Shown here: positions 1 through 12,700 of the stretch, piece by piece
Layout of the letters: every line of letters begins with the position of its first letter
How positions within the stretch are numbered: the stretch's first letter is position 1
Assembly: GCA_964035545.1 (NCBI GenBank)
Contig: OZ037765.1
Coordinates: 30,565,504-30,629,503 of the forward strand
Reading direction: 5' to 3'
DNA: 64,000 nt
From: Bugula neritina
Taxonomy: Eukaryota; Animalia; Bryozoa
Position numbers and translations under genes: made by a program
The notes under the pieces: generated by a model
Databases searched by the model: none
Seen by the model: only the letters and a program-made list of their open reading frames with translations
What the model was told of the DNA's origin: nothing

Positions 1-50
1 AATTTTTGTCTGTTTAAACTCATCTGTTTTTTTTTTGTTTTTCTTGTCAG

Positions 51-3000
51 GCCTAAGAAAAAAGCAACAGACGATCTTTTGACAAGTAAAACAGGTGGAG
101 CGTATATACCGCCTGCTAGACTCCGCATGATGCAAGCTGCCATAACAGATAAAAACAGGTATGCAATACAAGATAAATAAAAACATGTACATGTCTTGTA
201 ATATAATCCTATAACTTTGCTATAAAGGTGGAACAGTGTTGTCTCAAGTTTTACTGTTCCTCTTTAGTGCCGAATATCAGCGAATGGCTTGGGAAGCTTT
301 GAAAAAGTCTATCAATGGTCTGGTGAACAAAGTGAATGTGGGAAATATTAAAGAGATCATGTACGAACTGCTGGCTGAGAACGTCATTCGAGGGAGGTGA
401 GAGGGCAGGTTTCATTCAGACTAATTTGCTCAGCTGCTTTTATTTCAATAAATTACTGAGACATCGTTGTAACTTTTGTAGAGGTCTGTTGTGCCGATCA
501 ATAATTCAGGCACAGAGCGCATCTCCAACCTTCACGAATGTATATGCGGCGGTAGTTGCCATAGTCAACTCAAAGTTTCCACAGATTGGCGAGTTGCTGT
601 TGAAACGTCTGATCTTACAGTTCAGAAGAGGTTATCGTCGTAGTGACAAAAGCATATGCTTATCAGCTAGCCAGTTCATAGCACATCTTGTTAACCAACA
701 AGTAGTAAGTCTATATTCTGAGATTACATGCTTATGATTGACTGTTCATTGTATTTCTGAAGTTTTCTTGAAGCTGAATGTGCGTCTAAAATTCTTTTCC
801 ACCTACAGTTCATTCCTTGAGCATATTTTGAATGTTTGTTTACATTTGTGTAAGCTTCTTTAGATTATATACAGTTACTCTGTCAACAATTAACTAATAT
901 ATTACTTTTGCCCTTTCTTACCTCGGCATCTCGACTCTATTTCGCATTGAAAGTTTTCTGATGACGATGCCAAAAAGTTGTTATTGATTCACTTATGTTA
1001 CAAAAGTTGCAGCTAATCTGAGACAAGCTATTAGTTGTGTATTCTCCAAGCTTCTTACTCTACCCTACTCTAGGCCCACGAGGTGCTAGCTCTTGAGGTT
1101 TTAACTCTACTCCTGGAGAAAGCTACGGACGACTCCGTGGAGTTGGCTGTTGGCTTCCTCAAGGAATGTGGCAAGAAGTTACAAGAAGTCAGTCCAAAGG
1201 GAATAAATGCAATATGTGAAAGATTAAGATCAATTCTACACGAGAGTGAAGTGAACATTCGGGTGCAATACATGATAGAGGTAAGTTACAGGATACCTAA
1301 CAATAATAAATTGTTCAGTATGTAATCGACTAGTATAATGGGACTAGGGTTGGTTGAACTAATTTTCACTCTTTTGATTGATTGATTGATTTATTACATA
1401 TCACAAACATGACAGCACGTTGCATGGAGTTGTTCTTTATAAATTACTTGAATAGATGCAAGTATGTTATACAATAAACACCACCTGCTTTAGTAAAACA
1501 TTCTTCAACTACAATAAAGCTAAGCATACTTGTTTGAGATACACAGAAGGTGTTGTACTGTTACTCTGGCCTTGTGAGGACTGCTGTTGAGTCAAGCTTA
1601 GTAGGTGCAGTGCTTAGACCATAATCTCCCACTCCTCTATGTTTCTAGGTGATGTTTCAAGTTAGAAAGGATAAATTTAAAGACCATGAAGCAGTAGTGG
1701 ATGGTCTTATGCTAGTAGAGGAAGATGATCAATTCACTCACCTACTCTCCCTGGATGAAGTCACTGATGGAGAGGACCTACTGAGTGAGTAGACAGCGTC
1801 ATGTAATAGCCTACAGGCAGCTAAGACAGCCTTTTTGGTTTTAGTGAAAAGTAGTTAAATAAGACTTGGCTGTTTTCCATATGCATATCACTATTCTTAA
1901 TCTGACCATTTCTACTGCACAATTGAGTTTCATCAAAGCACTGGTTATATAATATTTTAAACTGGGGTTGCTTAGATGCATTTTTTGCTTCAGAAGTTAG
2001 TTTATAATAGAAGTGAACGTAGAAACCTGTGTTAAACATAACACCATTGTTTGTGAGTTGCACTTGGCTTCCAAACTCTGTGTAGATGTGTTCAAGATTG
2101 ACACGGAGTATCAAGAAAATGAGGAGAAGTATAAAGAAATAAAGAACGAGCTGATCGGGGAAGTAGACAGTGATGGCAGCAAATCAAGCGGCAGCGGGTC
2201 TGATGATGCCAGTGATTCTAGTGAAGGTAGGAGTCTTCCAATAACATTAGTCTTTACTTGTTGTTCTTTTTTTCCTGTATAAACCTTCGACAGTTATTTA
2301 GCAGGAAGTTTGAAGGTTTAGAATGATTTCCAATGTCAAGAGTCTGTATATTTCACTGTACTTGAGATCCTCTGTGTAATGCTGCTGTTGTGTAATCTTG
2401 TTGTAGAAGACCAAGAAGAAGAAGAGGCCAAGCAGACCATCATTGACCAGACAGAGACGAACCTGGTTGGTCTGAGACGGACTATTTACCTGACTCTGCA
2501 GTCCAGTCTCGACTACGAGGAAGCGGCACACAAACTCTTGAAACTGAACCTCAAACCTGGTCAAGAAGTTGAGCTCTGTAACATGATCCTAGATTGCAGT
2601 GCGCAGCAGAGAACTTATGAAAAGTTTTATGGCCTTTTAGCTCAGGTTTGTTATTTGTGAGTTTTCTTATGTTTGATGTTTTGGCTATTTGAATAATATA
2701 TCATCAGTTGCCAAGTTTTTTGTAGCTAAATGGGACCAGAAATTTGCGATCTTGGTTGATTGGAGCTCAAACTTTTGACAACACAATTTGAAGTCAAAAG
2801 TATTGGTCTCTGGTTGCATTTTCAAGTAACGGCCATCTTAGCATACTAGTAAACACTGCTGTACAATAACTAACTCTTCAAATAACTTCTATGTTGTAAT
2901 TTTAATATGCAATTTCATAGCTATATTGTTTTAATGTTTTACATGCAAGTTCATGTGCAAGTACTTTCTGTTTTTCCTACAACTTATATAAATATTTTTA

Positions 3001-4365
3001 GAGGTTTTGTATGCTAAACAAGGTATACGTAGAGAAGTTTGAGGAGATGTTTATGACTCAGTACGAAACTTGTCACAGACTAGACGCAACCAAACTGAGG
3101 AATGTGTCCAAGTTCTTCGCTCATTTGCTGCATACAGATGCTATATCATGGGGCGTCCTGCAGGTGTGTTGTACTGTGGTGTGTTGTACTGTGTCGTGTT
3201 GTACTGTAGTGTGTTGTACTGTTTAGCCGGTCAACAGTGTTTCCTTACAATCTCAATTCTATACGTTACCCTTAACTCCATAATTTATCTTCAAAAACAT
3301 GTTTAATCAATGAAACATTTTACATATAATATATTATGCTGTTTGTACTTCCATTCATGGTATGTACATGTAAGCTTTGGTGTTGGTATTTACAGTTGAT
3401 GTTGAGATACTATGCAGTCATTATTTCATTTTCTTAAGCTATATTGCCAAGGTTTAAGGTGGAGTTGTTACTGCTTATAGGTGATCAAAATGAATGAAGA
3501 CGACACAACCTCGTCCAGTAGGATTTTTGTAAAACAGCTGTTCCTTGAGATTGCAGAGTACAAGGGACTTCCCAAATTTAATGAAAGACTCAAAGATGAG
3601 TAAGTAATAGCAGTAGGGTTGATAGGTCAGACAATTCCCACAATCATGTAAGATTTCACGACATTCAATACTTGTGGTAGTTTTATGGAGCTTATTTTAA
3701 TATAATTATTATTAGTTGTCAATGCAGTATGCCTACTTCAAAGCTTCTGTTATAATTTGTAGAACCCTCCAGGGCTACTTTGAAGGTATAATGCCCAAGG
3801 ATCATCCCAAGAAGACCAGATTTGCCATTAACTTCTTCACATCTATTGGACTGGGTGGTCTCACGTAAGTCATCACTGGTGCTGGTAGCTTGAAGTGTAT
3901 TTGATTTCAATAACTGTTGCAGTTCAAGAGGTCAATCTTCAGACTTTTATAAATAGAGAGTTTTGAGCACATATTTTGTTGTTTGAAAATTTAAAAATTA
4001 AAACTGAAAATCATTTGCATATTATTGAAATCAGAAGACAGTTTATGCACATTATTTGTTGTAGAGAAATTTGAAAAATGCAATTCCTATTTTTTGCAAC
4101 TTATTTAATTTTGCATTTTGTTGAAATAACGAAGGCTCTCGTTTAGAAATATTAATGTTATATGAATTGCTACTCTTTTTCTATAATTAGTAATTAGGCA
4201 TAACGGTCTAACTTTTGTAGAGATGGACTAAGGGAACACTTGAAAAATATGCCCAAACCATCTGCTGCTATCCACCCTGAGTCTAGCAGCAGTTCTTCCA
4301 GTGGCAGCAGTAGCTCTGACAGCGACAGCGGTACAGACAGTGACAGCAGTAGTGATTCTGAGTAG
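51..4365 (+). CDS. CWC22: Pre-mRNA splicing factor CWC22 (MIF4G + MA3 domains), 5' end outside window
   Basis: Exons 51-158, 268-396, 482-704, 1074-1280, 1649-1784, 2086-2226, 2407-2645, 3002-3163, 3481-3599, 3763-3864, 4221-4365, all GT-AG and phase-consistent. Diagnostic peptides: [101 protein letters not shown]. Confidence 0.97.
3164..3223. repeat. 15-bp tandem repeat (GTGTGTTGTACTGTG) x4 starting at a CWC22 splice donor
   Basis: Four near-identical units; the first begins at the GT of the intron after exon 3002-3163. Confidence 0.9.
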
Positions 4366-4541
4366 ATGCTAAAATTAACAGTTTATGTATTTATTTTACT
4401 GTTGCTTTTCTATGTAAACATAACAATGACTAGTTATCATGGTACAAATGCATTTATTCCCACTTGAGATTCTATGGGACATGTACATAGATTTATAAAG
4501 TTTTTTATCAGCAAATGTACAAAGTGTACAATAAACTTTTT

Positions 4542-4698
4542 GAAACCTACAAAGAAAGAGATCTGAAGTAACACATCAAGCACATTAATACTTACATGGA
4601 TACAGCAACTGCAACACTGAGAGCAAATTATCTCAAGATGCAATCAAAGTTGTAACATCTTCATATATACAATGCTTTCTAGTCAATCCTCTCCTAGG

Positions 4699-4702
<4 letters not shown>
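4542..4702. repeat. ~160-bp dispersed direct repeat, copy A (copy B at 9823-9997, the last-intron acceptor region of GTF3C2)
   Basis: gaaacctacaaagaaagagatctgaagtaacacatcaa...ctgcaacactgagagcaaattatctcaagatgcaatcaaagt...aatgctttctag..aatcctct..aggatta occurs at both sites, with substitutions and one indel. Confidence 0.92.

Positions 4703-4746
<44 letters not shown>
4701..4746. repeat. (TA)n microsatellite
   Basis: Pure TA run of ~23 units. Confidence 0.97.
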
Positions 4747-4749
<3 letters not shown>

Positions 4750-5356
4750 ATGCTTTCTAACCAATCCTGTTTCAATATTATAAGTATACAATGGACTTTT
4801 AAACCCTGAATATGATTATACTATATGTTGTCATGTTGATTTCATCTTTCTTCTTTCACAAGTCTTATGCTATTTTGAGCTAAAATCATCTTGCTCTTCA
4901 ACCATCGAGCTAGAGACAATTCTGAGAAGCTTTTATATTATACATATCTACTTGTTGTTCTTTGGTGTCTTCTATACTTTGTTAGAAGTTCCGTGTTGTT
5001 ACAAACTAGTCAACATGTGGAAGCTTTTTAGTTTCAACTCATACCTAGAATCAAAATGATGGTTATTTCGATTTTATATGCTCACAAAACATGTAAAAGT
5101 ATCATCCACTATCCAGGTTGCTCTTGCTACTATGTTTAGCCATTTTAAACTGTTTTGTAAACCAATAGCTATATTATCTTCAAGGTATTTGCTGTGTCAT
5201 CATTATTATAGCGATGTGGGAGGCAGCTATGCTGGTAAAAGGCTAGCAATTCACTGTAATGCAGTGCTGCTAGCAAGAATACTACAGTTACTTGCAGCTG
5301 TTTACTGTTATTAGTTATTACAGTACAAGGCTTTACCTGACAAGATTATTCTAACT

Positions 5357-5693
5357 CAGGGCTGTCCATTAAGCGGCTCCAGGGCTGGATGTAGGCTTCA
5401 GCCTACATTTATGTGGCCCTCAAAGCCATAACAAATAAAACATATGAATTAGAATGTAAAAACCACTTTTTAAATGTCGTATTTATATACATGCTACAAA
5501 ACATGCAGCCTGCAGTAATTATTGGGACTTGGTTCTTTAATGATTCATAAGAAGTGGGAATAAAGTAACATGAAAAATACTGATGCTGTGACCTCCCACC
5601 TCCTCAGCTCAATTTAAACTTTGGAATGTGGCCCTTGTCACCAAAAATGTTTCATTTCAGTGGCTCTCGCTTTGAAAATGTTGGAAACCCCTG
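5357..5693. mobile_element. Non-autonomous hAT/Charlie-like DNA transposon (MITE), degenerate
   Basis: Terminal inverted repeats CAGGGCTGTCCA (5357-5368) and TGGAAACCCCTG (5682-5693) match 10/12. The 8-bp flanks TTCTAACT and TCCTGATT match 5/8 as an eroded TSD. CAGGG...CCCCTG termini are typical of Charlie-type hATs. Confidence 0.6.
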
Positions 5694-6257
5694 TCCTGAT
5701 TCATTCTGCATATTGAAGTAATGATTATGTCGCCTGGTGAGTAATGTTGCGCAAGCTTACTATGATAATAGTGTACGCATGTACAGGCTCGTTAGTTATA
5801 ATGTTGATCGGGGTGATATACATACATTCTCTTTGTAATATCGATTACGCAAGGCCATTGAAATCCTAGTTAGAGGCGATATTCACAAGTATAATAAGTA
5901 TGAGGGTGGGGCGTACTCCCCACCACTTATTATCTCAGGCTTTATTGAACTAGTGAATTCGAGCTAGACTTTCACAACCTTGCATCAGCATAAGACATTA
6001 TCAAAGATATATAAAGGGTTTATCATTATCCCCAAAGCTCACAATACATGTTTTCACCATGAAATAGTACGGAGAAGTGTTATTAGACTTGTAACATGGG
6101 CATTAGAAGAGCAAGGTAGCTCTCAGATACTAGCTAAGCATACGATGACATAGTAAAAGCTGAAAATACTTGAGAATATGAATACTGAAAGAGCGTTGGC
6201 TTTGATTGAAGCTATTAATTTGAAGTTCTTGAGCTGTTACCAGAGAAAGACTAAGCA

Positions 6258-8483
6258 ATGCTTACTAGGTGAGTTGTTATAATCATACAGAAAGTTTTCT
6301 GTCAGCCGAAGCACATGTAAACCTGTCTTTTTCAACAACTCTATAATATTTTAAAGGCACGGCAACTGCCAAAAAGCCAAATATATTTTGCTACAGTCAT
6401 CACCCACAATTACTAGAGTTGTCAGCAAAAGAATTCACTTGCATAGTTTTAGTTTTCAAGTTTCTCGTAGTTTTCTAATCATAAGATTAAAATTCGGGCT
6501 TTAGAGCATGAAAAGTCTTTTAAGAAACTGATAGAAGCTGTGTATAGATTCCTAAAACTCCAAATATTAACAAATTGCCTTTTCATTTTAAAACTTAAGT
6601 TTTGACATCAGAAACCTGCACACTACTATATTGCTAATGATCAAAGATTGAAAACAATTCCTATAATATTTGGTATTTTATTCCATAGCAAACACAAGAA
6701 CACAGACTTGAAGAGAGTCCACAAGGACTTCAAGAGTCTGGTGGACGGTCTAGACAAGACATTTGATGGACAGGTGATCCTAGCAGACGATGCCTTCAAC
6801 TTTGAGGAGTTGACTCTTTCCTTTACACTGAGGCCAAATGAAGGTGCAACACTAGTCTGTTTATTTGGAGTGTTTGCTTCTTGTAGAAGTTTTACTAAAT
6901 GATTAGTTATAGTAAATAATAGGGTAGAAGTTTTATCTTTTAAAAGACTAAAAATTTGATCTCCATTTTTATAATAGACAAATTTCACACAACATTTTAT
7001 GACAAAAATTATTTTTACTAAAATTGATGTTACAGTTATATAGAGATTTTGGATATATAATTTCAAATAGCTAAATACATAAAAGCAAAGTATGTTTTGA
7101 TTTGTATTTATATTTGGGTTGATCATGAGCCTATCTAAGCAGTTATGGATACAACAAAACAAAATGATTAATTATCACAAGTTTACAACATATACTGGTG
7201 ATGTGAAATATTGCCTAAAAAGCAAACGTTTTGGTTTTAAACAGGCATTTACAAAGACTGTGAAATAGAGTTTTTGGCCGAGTTGACAAACTATCCTGAT
7301 GTAGTGCCCAATGTAAAAATTATGACTGATATCCTTCACCCAAACATAAATGCTGGAAACTTCCGTGCCGGTTTTGATGATGTCTGTTTGAATATATTTG
7401 ATGAGTGGGAATCCGACTTTGAAGGTGAGCTTACAAGCTGACATAAGCATTAGGAAAGCCCATAGAAATGCATATATATTATTTTTATAGCATTATTATG
7501 ATCTACTCCTTTGGTGTTATTTTGATATAATTTAAATTAATTAACAGGAATATAATCATGTATTTTGTATTGAATGTGTATATAGTTTGTTTATGCTGAG
7601 TTTTCTCAAACATTAGTATGAAAAAACATTATAATATTATAAGACTTAACTATAAAACTATTACGCCCTTCCCGAGACCTCCATGAGCCCATATCGTATG
7701 AGACCTCCAGCTTGCAATCGGGGGCTAATGGGTAAATTCAATGCACTACAACAACTAAAACAACAATTTATTATTATTTATCTATATGTTTTATGCGACA
7801 CATATTTGTAGATTCCTACAAAAGTTTGGAGATACTTGTACAAGGTCTTCTGTTCCTCTTCTATGAACCTAATATTGAAGACAGCCTCTCACCATATACT
7901 ATGTTTGCCTCTCTTGAAGAACTTGCTGAAGCGGTAGATTTGACCAAATATGGAACAGAAGCAAAGACTGGTGATCTGGAATGTGAACCCTGGGAAACTA
8001 TCCAGTTTTCAAACATTTACAGAGGCCCAGAAACTAAACTGGTTAGTCTTTATTTCTTGCATCTGCTCATTTAAATATAATTTACTATGCTATAACAATT
8101 TTATGTTATTTTTGAAGCAAAGTTACCAAAAAGCACGACAATATTATTCGTTGTTAGGTCTATAAGAAAGTGGAATGGATGTTACATATAATTTATTATA
8201 GTGTGAGCTGTACAACCAGTACACAGACGAATTGCTATATTATAATTATAGTAGTTTTGAAATTGAATAATCATGAGACCAATAAAAATTTTAGAATGAA
8301 GTCATGGAAAATCTTGCCAACCTGTCACTTGCTGAACAAAGTGAAAAACTCGAGGATGAAACTGATCATTTGAAATCTGTGGAGAATACTGCCTGCACTG
8401 TAACTGAGAATAAGACAACTCCCATATCAGATAAATACAGCTTTTCAACTGAACAATTGTCACTATTGATTCCTTGTTCATAA
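6258..8483 (+). CDS. Divergent ubiquitin/UBL-conjugating enzyme E2, UBE2M/Ubc12-like, paralog 1 (~254 aa, catalytic Cys intact)
   Basis: Exons 6258-6268, 6689-6843, 7245-7424, 7812-8041, 8295-8483 (765 nt, phases consistent). Protein: MLTSKHKNTDLKRVHKDF...FTLRPNEGIYKDCEIEF...NYPDVVPNVKIMTDILHPNINAGNFRAGFDDVCLNIFDEW...LEILVQGLLFLFYEPNIEDSL. This matches the UBE2M pattern PDEGFY...YP..PPKV...HPNI...VCLNIL..W...GLQYLFLEPN.EDPL. Cys codon at 7385-7387. Confidence 0.85.
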
Positions 8484-9740
8484 GTCAGCATGCACTAGTC
8501 ATAGCCATGTAGCAGGGTGCAGCTGTACATTATAACTTCTAAGCTTTCCATAAGACATATCATATGAATTGCGTAGACAATACTTTAATAACCTGGGCAT
8601 ATTGCATGTACTCTATTTAATACATACATATTACAGACAATAAACACACTACAGTGAACTAGGCTTTGAGTTGAGCATTAACTCTTCACTGATGTCCTTT
8701 AATATTTTTTATTATACTTCTATTGACATCCTATTGACATCATCAAGACTACAATTATTGCAATTCAAACTTACATGATCAGGATAAACATAAATAAACA
8801 ATATGAAAGCAAAAACAGTTGTAATCCACAAAAAAAGAAACAATATAATTAATGTAAATAACTTACTTATTTTGCTCTCTTAAAATTACACTAGTCCACT
8901 AGCACTAACTATTGCCAAGTGCCAGAGGTCTTTTAGTTAGCACTGGCTGTGCTGTAGAAAGCTTTTCTTAGTACGTTTTTATTATAGCTAAAATAGCTGA
9001 GCAAACTAGCGCTAATTTCACTACTCTTAAATTAAAACAAAGAGCAACTTTAGCAGGTCGAACGAATCTACTGAATTTAAAATTAGTTCTCATATTAAAA
9101 CATTGAAGTTATCCCAGTTTGCTCCAAACTACTGCAGATTATACAGAGCATAGAAGTGTATAAATCTGTGGAAAAAACCTGTTCCATGAAATTTTAAAGA
9201 GGACGTAATTTTCATTTATTAAGCTCAAGTTTCTAATATTGAGAAATTTGATTTGCCACAATTCAAGTTCATTCACATAAATATGTGATTTAAAATTAAT
9301 ACCAGAATTACAATTATTGAATGCATATTTTAAGAGAGTCCAAAAGCATACAAGAGTCTTATTTTACACCAGTGAACCCTATTCAACCCTGCTTTTTAAT
9401 AATAAAACTGGTAGAAAGTTGATAAATAATCCCTTTATTAGTAATAGGGGTTTCCATAGTAACCACGTGAGACAGTACACTGTTGAATAACTCTACAGTA
9501 CCAAGTACCTGTACAAGCACAACATTTCAGAGTAATGCTTACTAATTTTGAAAAATATTACAAAATAAAACCATATACATAATTATTATGCACACAAAAA
9601 TATATTTACATTACTGTAATACTTGCAACATGCATACCAAATAATTTCTTAATCCTATGAGGTATAAGTGAGTAATATATACATAAACATATGCATGTAG
9701 TAAAACACTCCTGTACTATTTGTTATATATACAAGGTGTA

Positions 9741-12700
9741 CTAAGTGACTTTAATGAAATGCAGTAACCCATGAGTACCCCCACACAGCAGCCAACCATG
9801 GCTTCTTTTATTCGGGTTCAAAGAAACCTACAAAGAAAGAGATCTGAAGTAACACATCAATCACAGCATTACTTACATAGATACAACACCTAAATTAACT
9901 GCTCTGCAACACTGAGAGCAAATTATCTCAAGATGCAATCAAAGTACTAACATCTCCATCTATATAATGCTTTCTAGCCAATCCTCTTCCAGGATTAAAA
10001 CATATCAGCAAATCAAACAACATTCCACAAAGTACTGAAAAAGGACAAGGGAATAAAATTCCCTCTATTACATTATAATGGAAATATACATCTATTTTCA
10101 TTGCCAACTGTTGAAGGATACAATTACTCCATCGATATTATATAAAAAGTAAATACAATAAACTAGTGCTATATTCAAGAAATGGCACACAAGGTACGTA
10201 CAGTATTGATAGCAGCTTCTTGATTATTAGTCATGAGGAGTTTCATGCTCTCTGAGGTAATGCCTGCTTTAGCATCAGATTGTCGAATGTGCTGTAATAC
10301 ATAGTAATATATACTACACAGTATTATATACACTATATAGTATTATATATACTACAAAGTATTATATACTACATAGTATTATATATACTACACAGTATTA
10401 TATACTACACAGTATTATATACTACACAGTATTATATACTACATAGTATTATATACTACACAGTATTATATACTACATAGTATTATATACTACATAGTAT
10501 TATATACTACATAGTATTATATATACTACACAGTATTATATACACTACACAGTATTATATACACTTCATAGTATTATATATACTATACATGGTATTACAT
10601 ACACTACATAGTATTATATACATTTCATAGTATTATATACTACATAGTATTATATACTACATAGTATTATACACTACATAGTATTATATACTACATAGTA
10701 TTATATACATTACATAGTATTATATACTACACAGTATTATATACTACATAGTATTATACACTACATAGTATTATATACTACATAGTATTATATACATTAC
10801 ATAGTATCATATACACTATATAGTATTATATACACTTCATAGTATTATATATACTATACATGGTATTACATACACTACATAGTATTATATACATTTCATA
10901 GTATTATATACACTACATAGTATTATAGACTGAGAGACAACTTACAGTTTTACTCATATACTGAAAATCCCACAGCTTTCCAGAATCATCTAAAGTTGAT
11001 ATTTTAGAACTGAGAGCCAACTGCAAGCAAAACATTCAGGTTTGCAGCAAACTAAACTCTGTGGTATATAGCCATGAATATGTACAGTAAATATATCATG
11101 TAGAATATACAATACAAAATACGAAACACTGAATGCCAAAAGTTGAATTAAAATTCCTTACAAGCAGAAAGAACTTATCAGGCAAGGTGACAGCTGTTTG
11201 ATGAATGCTGACAGGATGTACAGAAGGTTAGAAGGTCAAATATATGAGAATGTTAGGATATGGATATTAATAATATATGATGTATATAGCAGTGTATACT
11301 ATTTAAACTTTAAAGTTTGTATTTTTTCCAAGTGGCGGAAGCAGATTTATTTCCTTCACCTTGAATTTTTAGACATACAAGTACATATTAGCCTACATTA
11401 AACAGAAATAATATGTATCTTATTCATTTTGATCTAATTTATGTTTTACTAAATTTTTCTGTCAAATCTAATCAATTATAAATAGATTAAAACAATTTTT
11501 ATCTATGATAATTAACCTGTGTACAAAATTGAATCCTCACACCAACCCACAATTCATAAATACTATATAACAGGCTGATAACCTTATTATTAATTAAGAT
11601 GCAATCATAAATAAATTTAATTTATGAATGTTGCTTCAATGAGCTAAGAGATAATAAGAGAGAAACGGAAACAGCTATGTAGAGAGTAGAGGTAGTAGTA
11701 ATATTAGTCTGCTTACGTGATTGGTCAGTTCTCTGTCTGCCTTCTTGATGAACTTTGGTAAGATAGGATTGTGCATTCCGACTGTCCCACTAGAGTCACA
11801 GACTACCAGCGTGTTGGAGCAGTCACACAGATCCACATCCTGTTGAAGAGAATACCAGAATAGAAAGTGGCAAATGGCAAATAGAAAGTGGCAAATGGCA
11901 AGTGACAAATGGCAAGTAGCAAATTTAAAATTAGAAATTATATCTACACAAAATTAAATGTATAGTATGTATAATATATACTACAATATATGCATAATAT
12001 ATGTGAATAATATACAATATATGCATGATATATTATATAACATATATAAAGTATAGTACGATATTTGTATAATATAACATAGTGCAATAAGTAATAAGTA
12101 TATGTATATGTATAAAATTATGAAATGTATGTAAAACATATGCATACTATTTAATATGTACGTGTATGTAAAAATATTTAGTGAAACAGGTGTATAATAA
12201 TAATTTCTTGCTTGTTGACGAGTTGAGGCAAGCAGTGAGATTTTAAGCTAATCAAGTATAAACTCTGACGGTTTCAGGCCACGAGCATCATTTACAAACA
12301 GAAATTATTCCAACACATAATTTCTGCACTCATTACATAACTAGAGCTGTAAGTATAAACCCAGCACAACTTACCAATGAGTAAACAAGACACAACTTAC
12401 CAATGAGTACACAATACACAACTTACCAATGAGTAAAGAAGACAACTTACCACTGAGTAAACAAGACACAACTTACCAATGAGTAAACAAGACAACTTAC
12501 CAATGAGTACACAAGACATAACTTACCAATGAGTAAACAAGACCCATTATGGGAGCCTTCTGATTGGCTTGGATTAGCTCATAACCAAGGGGCGACAGAG
12601 TGAGTGGGGGAGAACTGTAATGAACCAAGGAGTGCAGGCTACAGGTTTTCATCCAATAGTTGATTAGTCAACTTTACATATGAAAAATAGACGCTAACCT

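Noticed and set aside
6641-7162. 173-aa minus-strand ORF
   Set aside because: Antisense to E2 exon 2 and an AT-rich intron; no recognisable domain.
4542-9997. LTR retrotransposon interpretation of the 160-bp direct repeats flanking E2 paralog 1
   Set aside because: No TG...CA termini, primer-binding site, polypurine tract or gag/pol remnants; copy B is a functional intron end.
12365-12542. CRISPR-like regular repeats (also 14091-14384, 18287-18737, 62926-63195)
   Set aside because: Units are head-to-tail with no unique spacers, there are no cas genes, and they lie in spliceosomal introns of a eukaryote.
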